Assembly: GCA_030141605.1 (NCBI GenBank) | Contig: JAQGDQ010000745.1 | Location: 1 to 64,000 of the forward strand | DNA from: Tubiluchus corallicola | Lineage: Eukaryota > Animalia > Priapulida | Direction: 5' to 3' | DNA: 64,000 nt | In this document: positions 1-12,495 of the stretch, piece by piece | How positions within the stretch are numbered: position 1 is the stretch's first letter | How the letters are laid out: each line of letters starts with the position of its first letter | Notes under the pieces: model-generated | What the model saw: the letters and a program-made list of their open reading frames with translations, nothing else | What the model was told of the DNA's origin: nothing | Database searches by the model: none | Position numbers and translations under genes: made by a program

Positions 1-138
1 AGAACAGTAATATGGAACGCATTCCTCACTCTCCAAGAGTTCAGTTCTCGATAGACTGTTGGCTAAGTCCGTGTCTTCTTTACTAATTTCCAAATCACAA
101 ATCTTTTCATTAAAGGTTTCAACTTCCACGTTGTGCAT
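1..138 (-). CDS. Possible coding exon running off the left edge (MHNVEVETFNEKICDLEIS...)
   Basis: 46 open codons after TATCAG|ATG; no recognisable motif. Confidence 0.2.
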   Translation of the reverse strand, partial: MHNVEVETFNEKICDLEISKEDTDLANSLSRTELLESEECVPYYCS

Positions 139-793
139 CTGATACTAATTACACAGACTCAACTTACATCTACCCCCCCCCCTTAATCCATAAAACGATT
201 AAAAGTGAAATTTTAAAAATTATGTAATGTAATACGTGTTATGTTAGTTTTGTAATGTCAAATGTATAAATAGTGTAAATGTAATGAGTGAAATTTATGT
301 AATGCAAAGCATGTTTCTGTTAATTGTGTCACGTCAAATGTATATATAGTGTAAAATATGTCATGTAAAATTTAATGTACTTTTGTAATATTGTTTTGTA
401 AAAATATTTTAATATGGTGTTAGTAAATATGTTCATTATATTGTATATAGTTTGCACTTTAGTTTTTTTAGTCAGCACTGGACGCATTTGTCTTGAACAG
501 TGTTGTTATTTTAACATTACGCTGAGGCTTACTCAATTTTATTATAATGAGTGAACCATTTATTTTAATGACAAATAAAGAATTAATATATATATATATA
601 TAAATGGCTACCGTTTTCACTAAAACACCTTATTTCAACAACAAATGACAATGCAACAAACCCTTTGAATAAACGTCGTTCATGATGTTACACGAATGGC
701 AAAAATAATCCAGGAATTTACAAGCAAGTTTTTCCTAAAATGAAAGAACCTTAAGCACCTGCTTAAGCAAACACGTCACCATTTTTCCCACAT

Positions 794-2252
794 AATCATC
801 TGCAACATTTCAACCATAACATTGTTTCAAAGACATGGCTTGTGCATGAGCAAAAACATCGCCATTTATTTCAATGAAATCATCTGCAACATTTCAACCA
901 TAACATTGTTTCAAGAACATGGCTTGTGCATGAGCAAAAACATCGCCATTTATTTCAATGCAATCATCTGCAACATTTCAACCATAACATTGTTTCAAGA
1001 ACATGGCTTTTGCATGAGCAAAAACATTGCCATTTATTTCAATGCAATCATCTGCAACATTTAAACCATAACATTGTTTCAAGAACATGGCTTTTGCATG
1101 AGCAAAAACATTGCCATTTATTTCAATGCAATCATCTGCAACATTTAAACCATAACATTGTTTCAAGAACATGGCTTGTGCATGAGCAAAAACATTGCCA
1201 TTTATTTCAATGCAATCATCTGCAACATTTAAACCATAACATTGTTTCAAAGACATGGCTTTTGCATGAGCAAAAACATTGTCACTTATTTCAATGCAAT
1301 CATCTGCAACATTTCAATCATAACATTGTTTCAAGAACATGGCTTTTGCATGAGCAAAAAGATTGCCATTTATTTCAATGCAATCATCTGCAACATTTAA
1401 ACCATAACATTGTTTCAAGAACATGGCTTTTGCATGAGCAAAAACATTGCCATTTATTTCAATGCAATCATCTGCAACATTTCAACCATAACATTGTTTC
1501 AAGAACATGGCTTGTGCATGAGCAAAAACATTGCCATTTATTTCAATGAAATCATCTGCAACATTTCAACCATAACATTGTTTCAAGAACATGGCTTTTG
1601 CATGAGCAAAAACATTGCCATTTATTTCAATGCAATCATCTGCAACATTTAAACCATAACATTGTTTCAAGAACATGGCTTGTGCATGAGCAAAAACATT
1701 GCCATTTATTTCAATGCAATCATCTGCAACATTTAAACCATAACATTGTTTCAAAGACATGGCTTTTGCATGAGCAAAAACATTGTCACTTATTTCAATG
1801 CAATCATCTGCAACATTTCAATCATAACATTGTTTCAAGAACATGGCTTTTGCATGAGCAAAAAGATTGCCATTTATTTCAATGCAATCATCTGCAACAT
1901 TTAAACCATAACATTGTTTCAAGAACATGGCTTTTGCATGAGCAAAAACATTGCCATTTATTTCAATGCAATCATCTGCAACATTTAAACCATAACATTG
2001 TTTCAAGAACATGGCTTTTGCATGAGCAAAAACATTGCCATTTATTTCAATGCAATCATCTGCAACATTTAAACCATAACATTGTTTCAAGAACATGGCT
2101 TGTGCATGAGCAAAAACATTGCCATTTATTTCAATGCAATCATCTGCAACATTTAAACCATAACATCGTTTCAAGAACATGGCTTGTGCATGAGCAAAAA
2201 CATTGCCATTTATTTCAAGGCAATCATCTGCAACATTTAAACCATAACATTG
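794..2252. repeat. 84-bp minisatellite, about 17 copies
   Basis: Unit AATCATCTGCAACATTT(A/C)AACCATAACATTGTTTCAAGAACATGGC...; inverted copy at about 2270-2370. Confidence 0.95.
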
Positions 2253-2681
2253 AACAACAACAACATTATGTATGAAACATTGCAGATGACTATGTTGGCA
2301 ACGTCTTTGCTCATGCACAAGCCATGTCCTTGAAACAACGTTATGGTAGAAATGTTGCAGATGATTGTTTAGGATAACTAGCCATGTCTTTGCTCAAGTT
2401 TGTGCTGTCAATTATTTTCATTTTACGTTTGTTTCCATTTGCAAACAGTGTGTGAATAACAAAAGATGACAAGAAAATGTTTATTTGTTTTTGTTTATTT
2501 GTTTATTTTGTAAACACAAGAAACAGTGAAGACGATTCAGTAATTAACAAAGTACAACTATAATTTTTAACCATTCTTGGAACCCTTCTGCCATTCACTC
2601 GGAGCCAAGCTGGCTGTCTCAAAGACGATCAACTTTTCACATCTTGCTGCAAAGATTTCTGCCATTGCCTGACAGTCGACG

Positions 2682-2858
2682 TCACGGTATGTGATGTTGT
2701 AGTTCGGCAACACTCACCAAACTTTCGGACAGAGGTTTATCTACGTCGAATATGAACTGTCCGTGTTCCGTGCGACGGCCGGTCTTGTGGGTCGGTTGTG
2801 GCAGATCTGAGTGGTGTGACGGCAACGGCAACGTGAAGAAGAATTCGTGCAACAGGGC
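2682..2858 (-). CDS. CDK20: CDK20 terminal coding exon 10 (ALLHEFFFTLPLPSHHSDLP...FDVDKPLSESLVSVAELQHHIP*)
   Basis: ATTCAG acceptor; ALLHxxFFTxPLP and FxVDxPLxESL match the CDK20 C-terminus; TGA at 2684-2682; three AATAAA on the minus strand at about 2480-2510. Total CDS is 1020 nt (339 aa). Confidence 0.85.
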   Translation of the reverse strand, partial: ALLHEFFFTLPLPSHHSDLPQPTHKTGRRTEHGQFIFDVDKPLSESLVSVAELQHHIP

Positions 2859-3337
2859 CTGAATATGGCAAAACCAGTAATGAAAATCTAGAGAAATAAT
2901 GAACTACGAAAACAGACCACATTAACAATGGTCGCTTCTCAAATAACATTTGCATTCTGCAGTAAAATCTTTATTAATTACTTAGCAGTAGGTCTGCAAA
3001 AGAGGCTGTGTTTTTATTGCTGTTTGTTTGTCTGTCTGTCTGTGTTGTGTTTTGTTTCTCTCGGAAGGCTCGTAGAGAAAACCAGAAAACACGCCATCAA
3101 ATTAAACTAGTTTATTATGCGAGAATTCTACAACATAAAAGTATGAAGGAACGCGAAATGTTTACAGTAAATGTGATAATCTAGAAACGTGAAAGCGCAT
3201 CTGAGAATGTGAGAATACGAGGATACAAGAGAATAAACTCCAGCGGCCAGCTCTGCCTTATGAACTATGAATTCATTTTCACACATCAAAATACAATATT
3301 ATACACATTAATAAATTTATTTTAATTAATAAAATGA

Positions 3338-4433
3338 TTTGAGTAGTGCGAGGTGAGTGTACGACCACACGGTCATTAATACACTCACCTTACTTAAATG
3401 AAAAAATGATTATAGTTATGCATGCTTCTGTAGATAACTTAATGTAAATAAGGATGAAGTAAATGATGTAATAATTTGAGTAGTGCAAGGTGAGTGTACG
3501 ACCATATGGTCATTAACACACTCACCTTACTTAAATGAAAAAATGATTATAGTTATGCATGCTTCTGTAGATAACTTAATGTAAATAAGGATGAAGTAAA
3601 TGATGTAATAATTTGAGTAGTGTGAGGTGAGTGTACGACCATACAGTCATTAACACACTAACCTTACTTAAATGAAAAAATGATTATAGTTATGCATGCT
3701 TCTGTAGATAACTTAATGTAAATAAGGATGAAGTAAATGATGTAATAATTTGAGCAGTGCGAGGTGAGTGTACGACCATACGGTTATTAACACACTCACC
3801 TTACTTAAATGAAAAAATGATTATAATTATGCATACTTCTGTAGATAACTTAATGTAAATAAGGATGAAGTAAATGATGTAATAATTTGAGTAGTGCGAG
3901 GTGAGTGTACGACCATACGGTCATTAACACACTCACCTTACTTAAATGAAAAAATGATTATAGTTATGCATGCTTCTGTAGATAACTTAATGTAAATAAG
4001 GATGAAGTAAATGATGTAATAATTTGAGTAGTGCGAGGTGAGTGTACGACCATACGGTCATTAACACACTCACCTTACTTAAATGAAAAAATGATTATAG
4101 TTATGCATGCTGCTGTAGATAACTTAATGTAAATAAGGATGAAGTAAATGATGTAATAATTTGAGTAGTGCGAGGTGAGTGTACGACCATAACGTCATTA
4201 ACACACTCACCTTACTTAAATGAAAAAATGATTATAGTTATGCATGCTTCTGTAGATAACTTAACGTAAATAAGGATGAAGTAAATGATGTAATAATTTG
4301 AGTAGTGCGAGGTGAGTGTACGACCATACGGTCATTAACACACTCACCTTACTAAAATGAAAAAGTGATTATAGTTATGCATGCTTCTGTGGATAGCTTA
4401 ATGTAAATAAGGATGAGGTAAATGATGTAATAA
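3338..4433. repeat. 137-bp tandem repeat, 8 copies, each with a hairpin
   Basis: GAGTAG recurs at 3341, 3478, 3615 and so on; internal inverted repeat AGGTGAGTGT/ACACTCACCT. Confidence 0.95.
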
Positions 4434-5591
4434 TAGCAATGGTATAAGAGCAATAAACCTGAAAGTTGAGAAAGGAAAACATAATATGTAATTACGATTT
4501 TGAGTGAGCTTTAAAGAGTGAAATTTTTTTAAATAGTTACGAATATGAATTATGTGATTATCTGTCAATGCACCACTTACTTGTATTACAATGCACCATA
4601 TTGCTTACTTGTATATACAATGATATATATATATATATATATATACACCCACACCCACATACCCACACACACACACACATATATATACTCAAATTTAAGT
4701 GGGGGAGAAGAGATTAAATTATACATTATACTTGCAGTAATAACTATAATTGTATAGAACATTTAAATATAATTGATGATAGGGATGTAGCCATCATAAC
4801 CATTAAAGATGGGCTATGGGGAGGGAGGCTTATATATCAGTGCAAGGGAACAATCTAGAAATAGAAAGTTCTAGAAACTTCTACAAGGTAAGAAGATTGT
4901 TCTACTATACTATAGAACATCCTACAATATTCTATTTAATTCTAGTGGATCTCCATAACAATCTGTTTGCTTATTAGCAGAATGACACAAAAATTGCTTT
5001 CACAAGAAACTTTGCAGAAGGCAAGGAAGAATCCCGTTAATCTTTGTTGTAGATTCCTGGCCAGTGAAAGAAACAGACGGGAAAAAAACACCCAAAAGTG
5101 GGCCATTTATTGCCCATTTTTTTCACAAAATTTTGGCAACCACCACAAGTAATTTGGGGGTCATTGGGGAGTTTTACAGCTCTTTGAAAAGAGGAGAAGA
5201 CAGGGTAGTTCTTATTTCACAAACACAACACCAGGATGAATGAGTACGAATTGCTTCCGGGTTCCCTTTCAGAGAACGACTGCTCGGATGACAGGTGCCA
5301 TTGTTATGACGTCATACCTTTCTTAATCTGCTTGCAGACTTTGCTTATAAACTGCCTTTGTTATGCAAACATGGCATGCGTATCAGTGTATTAAAGGTCA
5401 AGGAATATTGACATACACTATGTGGAATGTTCATGCATTATTAATGTAGTACTTAGCTACAGTAAATACAGCGTTGGTTGTTTTTTCATCAAGTGTCACG
5501 TGTACATGTTTACGATTATTCCGGTTTGGAAGGAGGTCTGTGTTCTACTGAGTGCCATTATAATTTTCTTACAGTGTGAAATGTATGTATT

Positions 5592-5642
<51 letters not shown>

Positions 5643-5694
5643 GTTATATATATATATATATATATATAATCTCCAATGTAAAATCAGTTGATTA

Positions 5695-6127
5695 GTAAGC
5701 TTTTTCACAGTTCCAGCGATTGATGATGATTGTGAAAAGGTCAAAGGTTAAGTGAACCATGCAAGGCATTTGCACACACTTGACAACGCCTCGCAGCCCA
5801 TGCTGTTGTAATAGTACCAGTTTTAACAGCTAGCTAGAACCTTACCTAGTTCATTTTTTCTTGTTCTCAAGCAAGATTCAGCTAGTAAACCACTCTACGC
5901 ACAGGTTAATGCATAACTAAGTAAAGTTCACGTAAAACAAATGAAGTTACTGAACTGATGCGGCAGGCAGCTTTGCTTTACAAACTATTCACGTCACAAT
6001 TGCAGCTGAGACGCGCCACTGTTGTACACTTAACCTCTGACCTACAGCACGTAAAACAACTGAAGTTACTGAACTGATGCTTAAAGTCTGACCTACAGCA
6101 ACTGCGCACAATGGAACTGTGAAAAGA
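5695..6127. mobile_element. TIR-bearing interspersed element (TTTTCACAGTT...AACTGTGAAAA family)
   Basis: Related copies at about 7700-8790, 19530-19890 (inverted), 23830-24150 (inverted) and 32115-33095. Confidence 0.65.
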
Positions 6128-6140
6128 CTGATTTTCTTAC

Positions 6141-6296
6141 CTCATTGGCCGGTATCCTCTTTTTTGACGAGTAAATTAAGAATTGCTTGAGCAATGTAAC
6201 GGCAAGTGGGGGTGCATTTGGGACGACTTGTTCCAGTGGAATGCCCGGTTGCTCCTGAAAACTTATCTTCTTATAATCGGGTAGCTGAGTCATGCC
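6141..6296 (-). CDS. CDK20: CDK20 coding exon 9 (GMTQLPDYKKISF...KRIPANE)
   Basis: TTTCAG acceptor and GTAAGA donor; 156 nt; LPDYxKISF is typical of CDK20. Confidence 0.93.
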
Positions 6297-6477
6297 CTGA
6301 AACAAAAGAGCAGCTCTTTTTTGGTTCATTAATCATATGTCCGAAAGAGAATTAGAATTTATTGCTAGATTTACCATAGCCATACGAGCTTACAACGATA
6401 ATTTGCACAGAAATGATTAAATTAACACAAATTTTGACGCAGAAAACATAAATATATAATTTTATTGAAGCTCCTGA

Positions 6478-6652
6478 TATGCCTCTGGACATTGGTATGC
6501 CTCTGGACATTGGTATGCCTCTGGACATTGGTGTGCCTCTGGACATTGGTATGCCTCTGGACATTGGTATGATTCTGGACATTGGTATGCCTCTGGACAT
6601 TGGTATGCCTCTGGACACCGGTATGCCTCTGGACACTGGTATTCCTCTGGAC
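6478..6652. repeat. 18-bp minisatellite (GCCTCTGGACATTGGTAT), about 10 copies
   Basis: Read directly. Confidence 0.9.
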
Positions 6653-6739
6653 AGCACCAGGAAGATCTTGTGCTGGTACTGACCAGATTAATGGTAAATT
6701 TCAGAAACAAAAACAGATATGCATTAAATGATCTACCTC

Positions 6740-6754
6740 TATCTCTCTCTCTTG

Positions 6755-6787
<33 letters not shown>

Positions 6788-6833
6788 ACTTACACACTCT
6801 CTCCCTCTCTTGCTCCCCCCCTCTCTCTCTCTC

Positions 6834-6867
<34 letters not shown>

Positions 6868-7197
6868 GCTCTCTCTCCCTCTCTCTCACTCACTCACACA
6901 CACACTCTCTCCCTCTCTTGCTCTCTCTCTCTCTCTCTCGCTGTCTCTTGCTCTGTCACTCTCTCCTCTCTGTCACTCTCTCGCTCTCTCTCTCCTCTCT
7001 GTTACTTTCTCTCTCTCTTCCTCTCCCCCCATCTCTCTCTCTCTCTCTCTCTCTCGCTGTCTCTTGCTCTCTGTCACTTTCTCCTCTCTGTCACTCTCTC
7101 GCTCTCTCTCTCCTCTCTGTTACTTTCTCTCTCTCTTCCTCTCTCTTTCTTGCTCTCTCTCTCACTCACTCACTCACACACACTCTCTCCCTCTCTT

Positions 7198-7273
<76 letters not shown>

Positions 7274-7325
7274 GCTGTCTCTTGCTCTCTGTCACTCTCT
7301 CGCTCTCCTTCTCTCCTCTCTGTTA

Positions 7326-7370
<45 letters not shown>

Positions 7371-7385
7371 ACTCTTTTTCTCTCT
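6740..7385. repeat. (CT)n-rich compound microsatellite
   Basis: Read directly; similar tracts at 10330-11300 and 24800-25270. Confidence 0.95.
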
Positions 7386-7572
7386 TTCACGAAATTTGGC
7401 AGAGGTGTGACTGGGCTCGCCAAACAAGGCTACAACGACTAAAACTTCAAACTTTTATCAAAAACAGACACACATGCGCATGTGTTTTGAGACTTTTACC
7501 GAGAACAAACGCCATTATTACTTATTTGCCAAGACAAAATAAAACAGCAGTTGCAACTCAAGCTCCACCTAC

Positions 7573-7644
7573 CGGCCAAGTTTCTTCCGTGGGAGTTCCA
7601 AGCACTTGAAGAACGCAACGTAATTGGTCTATGTCGTTCTCACC
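7573..7644 (-). CDS. CDK20: CDK20 coding exon 8 (GENDIDQLRCVLQVLGTPTEETWP)
   Basis: TTTTAG acceptor and GTAGGT donor; 72 nt; GENDIxQL...LGTP...WP CDK motif. Confidence 0.92.
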
Positions 7645-7859
7645 CTAAAAGACCCAAAACGAATAAATTAAAACAATAAAATGAGAGTTGCTTGCTTACA
7701 AGGATATGATTGATGATGATCGTGAAAAGGTCAAAGATTAAGTGATGCAGACAACGCATTTGTGTACACTTGACAACGCCTCGCAGCCCGGTAACAGTTT
7801 TAACAGCTAGCTAGAACCTTACCTAGTTCATTTTTTCTTGTTCCCAGGCAAGATCCTGC

Positions 7860-8690
7860 TAGTAAATCACTTTACATACAGACTAATGCATAATTAAGTA
7901 AAGTCCACGTAAAACAACTGAAGTTACTGAACTGATGCGACAGACGACTTTGCTCTACCCACATGTAAATCACTCTACACACAGACTAATGCATAATTCT
8001 GTAAAGTCCACCTAAAACAGCAGTGGTTACTCAACTGATGCGACAGATGACTTTGCTCTACCCACATGTAAATCACTCTACACACAGACTAATGCATAAT
8101 TAAGTAAAGTCTTCCTAAAACAGCAGAAGTTACTCAACTGATGCGACAGACGACTTTGCTCTACCCACATGTAAATCACTCTACATACAGACTAATGCAT
8201 AATTAAGTAAAGTCTTCCTAAAACAGCAGAAGTTACTCAACTGATGCGACAGACGACTTTGCTCTACCCACATGTAAATCACTCTACATACAGACTAATG
8301 CATAATTAAGTAAAGTCTTCCTAAAACAGCAGAAGTTACTCAACTGATGCGACAGACGACTTTGCTCTACCCACATGTAAATCACTCTACATACAGACTA
8401 ATGCATAATTAAGTAAAGTCTTCCTAAAACAGCAGAAGTTACTCAACTGATGCGACAGACGACTTTGCTCTACCCACATGTAAATCACTCTACATACAGA
8501 CTAATGCATAATTAAGTAAAGTCTTCCTAAAACAGCAGAAGTTACTCAACTGATGCGACAGACGACTTTGCTCTACCCACATGTAAATCACTCTACATAC
8601 AGACTAATGCATAATTAAGCAAAGTCGTCCTAAAACAGCAGAAGTTACTCAACTGATGCGACAGACGACTTTGCTCTACCCACATGTCAC
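7860..8690. repeat. 103-bp tandem repeat, about 8 copies, inside a TIR element
   Basis: ACATGTAAAT recurs at 7961, 8064, 8167, 8270 and onward. Confidence 0.92.
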
Positions 8691-9296
8691 GTGACGGTTG
8701 TAGCTAAGACGACGCATTGCTGCGATGCACTCACCCTTTGTCCTACAGCCACTGCGCGTGCGTACAACGAAACCGTGAAAAGGCTTATTAGTTAGTAATT
8801 CGGTGTAATTTGTGGAAAATGTGTCTGCTCAGTTGTTAAGGTTATTCGCTGTCAACTAGTCCACGCGTTAAGCTCTAGTCAAAGCGACAGGTGAAATAAT
8901 CATCTTATGGTTAATAATGAATTTAATCATCATCTCACAGGTATGTCAGTCTGTTCACACTCCACTAATGGGCAAATTTGTCAGGTGTGCATATTGTAAT
9001 TGCCATATTTGGTCGATAATAAGCAACGCACGTTTTTGCATGTACTTCATTAGTATGTCAGGATTGTCACAGGTATTACTAATTATACGAGACCATTAGC
9101 AGATGGTAGTCCTTGTCTAGGTTAGCGATTCTAGAGTAAGAATGGTAGTGTCATGCTGGAGACGGGTTTAAAGGAAAGAACAACTCATTTAGTATGTAGG
9201 GTTTATTTTACTGTTATCACTTAAGCTCAGAAAAATGCACAAAGAAATTAGCAGAGAATCGCCTATGAAGCTTAAATTTAAAATATACTACATCTG

Positions 9297-9750
<454 letters not shown>

Positions 9751-10094
9751 ACTTTACGTTGTAATTTGTCTCGTGTTTTTTCTCTTTTTTAATTGTTATT
9801 ATTTGTATTGATTGTACCTCATGGGTACGAATAAATTATAGAAATTACATTACACTATTGTACATCTCCAGACTTACTTAATAAATTACTGATCAAAAAT
9901 GGTTGCCCGGTTATACAGTTATTTGTAAGTAACAATGTACAAAGCAGAATCTATTTATATAGTCCACCACATCATTTAAAATCTCAGCATATTGAACAAT
10001 GAAATACATTTAAAATTTCTCAGAAACATAAAATTTAAAAGACATTAAAAACCAAAAAAACAATAAAAATTAAAAAACAATTTATCATAAAAAG

Positions 10095-11271
10095 TACAAT
10101 TTAAACAAATGTGTTTTAAGACGTTTAAAACAATCTAATCAATTTGTAGAACGTTTAGCAACAGGTAAGTTATTCCAGAGATACAGAGCTCAGACAGGTA
10201 AACACTTTTTCACCATAGAATGCAGTATTGGGAATTGGATGATGTAAATTCATTTGTTCATTAGCATTAGAACGAAGAGTTAAAAGCATTAGAAGCAATT
10301 CACTCCTTTCTTTGTCGCAGCTTATTTGTTTTCTCTCTCTCTCTTCTCTCTCCCCCACTCTCTCTCTCTATCTCACTCTCTCACTCCCACTCTCTCTCTC
10401 TCTTCTCTCCCCCCCCACTCTCTCTCTCTCTCTCTCTCTCACTCCCACTCTCTCTCACTCCCACTCTCTCTCTCTCTTCTCTCCCCCCCCACTCTCTCTC
10501 TCTCTCTCTCACTCTCACTCCCTCTCTGTCTGTCTCTCTCTCTCTTCTCTCTCCCCCCACTCTCTCTCTCTCTCACTCTCTCACTCCCTCTCTCTCTCTC
10601 TCTTCTCTCTCCCCCACTCTCTCTCTCTCTTCTCTCCCCCCCACTCTCTCTCTCTCTCTCTCACTCCCACTCTCTCTCTCTCACACTCTCTCTCTCTCTA
10701 TTCTCTCCCCCCCCCCACTCTCTCTCTCTCTCTGTATTAGGAATTGGCTGATGTAAATTAATTTGTTCATTAGCATTAGAAGCAATTCACTCCTTTCTTT
10801 GTCGCAGCTTATTTGTTTTCTCTCTCTCTCTTCTCTCTCCCCCACTCTCTCTCTCTCTCTCTCACTCTCACTCCCTCTCTGTCTGTCTCTCTCTCTCTTC
10901 TCTCTCCCCCCACTCTCTCTCTCTCTCACTCTCTCACTCCCTCTCTCTCTTCTCTCTCCCCCACTCTCTCTCTCTCTTCTCTCTCCCCCCACTCTCTCTC
11001 TCACACTCTCACTCCCACTCTCTCTCTCTCTCTCTCCTCCCCCCACTCTCTCTCTCTATCTCACTCTCTCACTCCCACTCTCTCTCTCTCTTCTCTCCCC
11101 CCCCCCCACTCTCTCTCTCTCACTCCCACTCTCTCTCTCTCACACTCTCTCTCTCTCTATTCTCTCCCCCCCACTCTCTCTCTCTATCTCACTCTCTCAC
11201 TCCCACTCTCTCCCCTCTCTCTCTCACTCCCACACTCTCTCTCTCTCACACTCTCTCTCTCTATTCTCTCC

Positions 11272-11308
<37 letters not shown>

Positions 11309-11910
11309 AGGAATTGGCTGATGTAAATTAATTTGTTCATTAGCATTAGAACGAAGTGTTCTTACTATATTACAGCGTATTAAAAAACTATTAAAGTATG
11401 CAGGTGCCAACCAATGTAGTATTTTGTAGGTGATACAAAGAACTTTAAACTGATTTCGCAACAACGTAACTCTCTTAGAATGGGTGTAATATGATCGTAT
11501 TTTCTAGTTTTCGTAACTAGACGGGTAGCAGAGTTTTGAATTAGCTGGAGTTTGCTAATTTCATGTTTAGGGAGTCTAAAATTCTCTACCATTACAGGTT
11601 AAACAAATCAAGTCCCTATCAGCATTTAAAACAAAATTAAAATCACTAATATTAACCAGATATGAAATACCATCACACCAGTACGACAACATACACACTA
11701 ATTCAGAATTCGTATATCCACGGCCATATTAATTAAATCATAATTTTTTTCATTTTTTTGTGCATAGTTGAAAATATGTTTGATTTTATTCGTCGTTACT
11801 TTCCATTACTGCACAGTAGTTTAGATTGCAATATATATATATATATAAGTAAACTATTGCAATAATCAAGTTTGGACGTTACGAAGGTATGTATTTTACT
11901 CTTAGTTGTT
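10095..11910 (-). mobile_element. L2-clade LINE 3' fragment, interrupted by CT-rich expansions and a 246-bp insert
   Basis: Minus-strand peptides FVTSKLDYCNSLL / [32 protein letters not shown] / FYGEKVF / LKTHLFK are typical of the C-terminus of L2 ORF2. Confidence 0.7.
11585..11830. repeat. 246-bp interspersed repeat, copy 1
   Basis: Near-identical direct copy at 17098-17342; this copy splits the L2 fragment. Confidence 0.8.
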
Positions 11911-12055
11911 TGTATAAATAACATGCAGATAAATTTCATTAATTCTATTAAATTTAATAAAGCGCAATAAAATAAATATTTGATTTTACACTGACTTATT
12001 TTACGTTTCATTTCCTTTAACATTTTCATAGAAATTATTGCCACGATTTTAAAAC

Positions 12056-12235
12056 TGCAAAATCCCTGCAAATATTGACACGTATGCACGATGACGCAGT
12101 TGCATTGATGACGTACAATCGTTGCCATGGAAACTGTTCGTCCGTTAAAACCATTATGCAAAATCCCTGCGAATATTGACACGTATGCACGATGACGCAA
12201 TTGCATTGATGACGTACAATCGTTGCCATGGAAAC
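12056..12235 (+). promoter_or_regulatory. Duplicated (101-bp period) promoter module with two perfect RFX X-boxes and CRE-like sites
   Basis: GTTGCCATGGAAAC at 12121-12134 and 12222-12235, each preceded by TGACGCA and TGACGTA; ends about 110 bp upstream of the ATG at 12343. Confidence 0.65.
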
Positions 12236-12342
12236 TTTTCAACTTAGTTGTTGAAGTAACGCAAACGAGTTTATTCTCCGTCTGACGCTCGGCTGAGGAA
12301 GTTGGTGTTGGATGTCTCTCTTTTTACCAACTAAAGAGAAAC

Positions 12343-12349
12343 ATGGCTG
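12343..12349 (+). CDS. Nested protamine-like gene, coding exon 1 (ATG GCT G)
   Basis: AAACATGG Kozak context followed directly by a perfect G|GTAAGT donor; phase 1 joins the Arg-rich frame of exon 2. Confidence 0.72.
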
Positions 12350-12495
12350 GTAAGTAGGCACAGAGACATGTTATAGCGTCAAAAAGCAGATAAGAGGATA
12401 AACCTTCATTAAGGCAATTAATGCCTTCAGTAATAAGGAGAATTAGGAAACTGATGTTAAAACCAATTAAGGTTTTAATAAACTTTGCTTTCCAG

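Noticed and set aside
822-2318. His/Cys-rich repeat ORFs that look like metal-binding proteins
   Set aside because: Translations of the 84-bp array, broken by stops, with no splice or promoter support.
6670-7442. SL/RE-, poly-V-, poly-L- and YTILY-type ORFs here and at 9.3, 10.3, 13.8, 22.4, 24.8 and 58 kb
   Set aside because: Translations of microsatellites.
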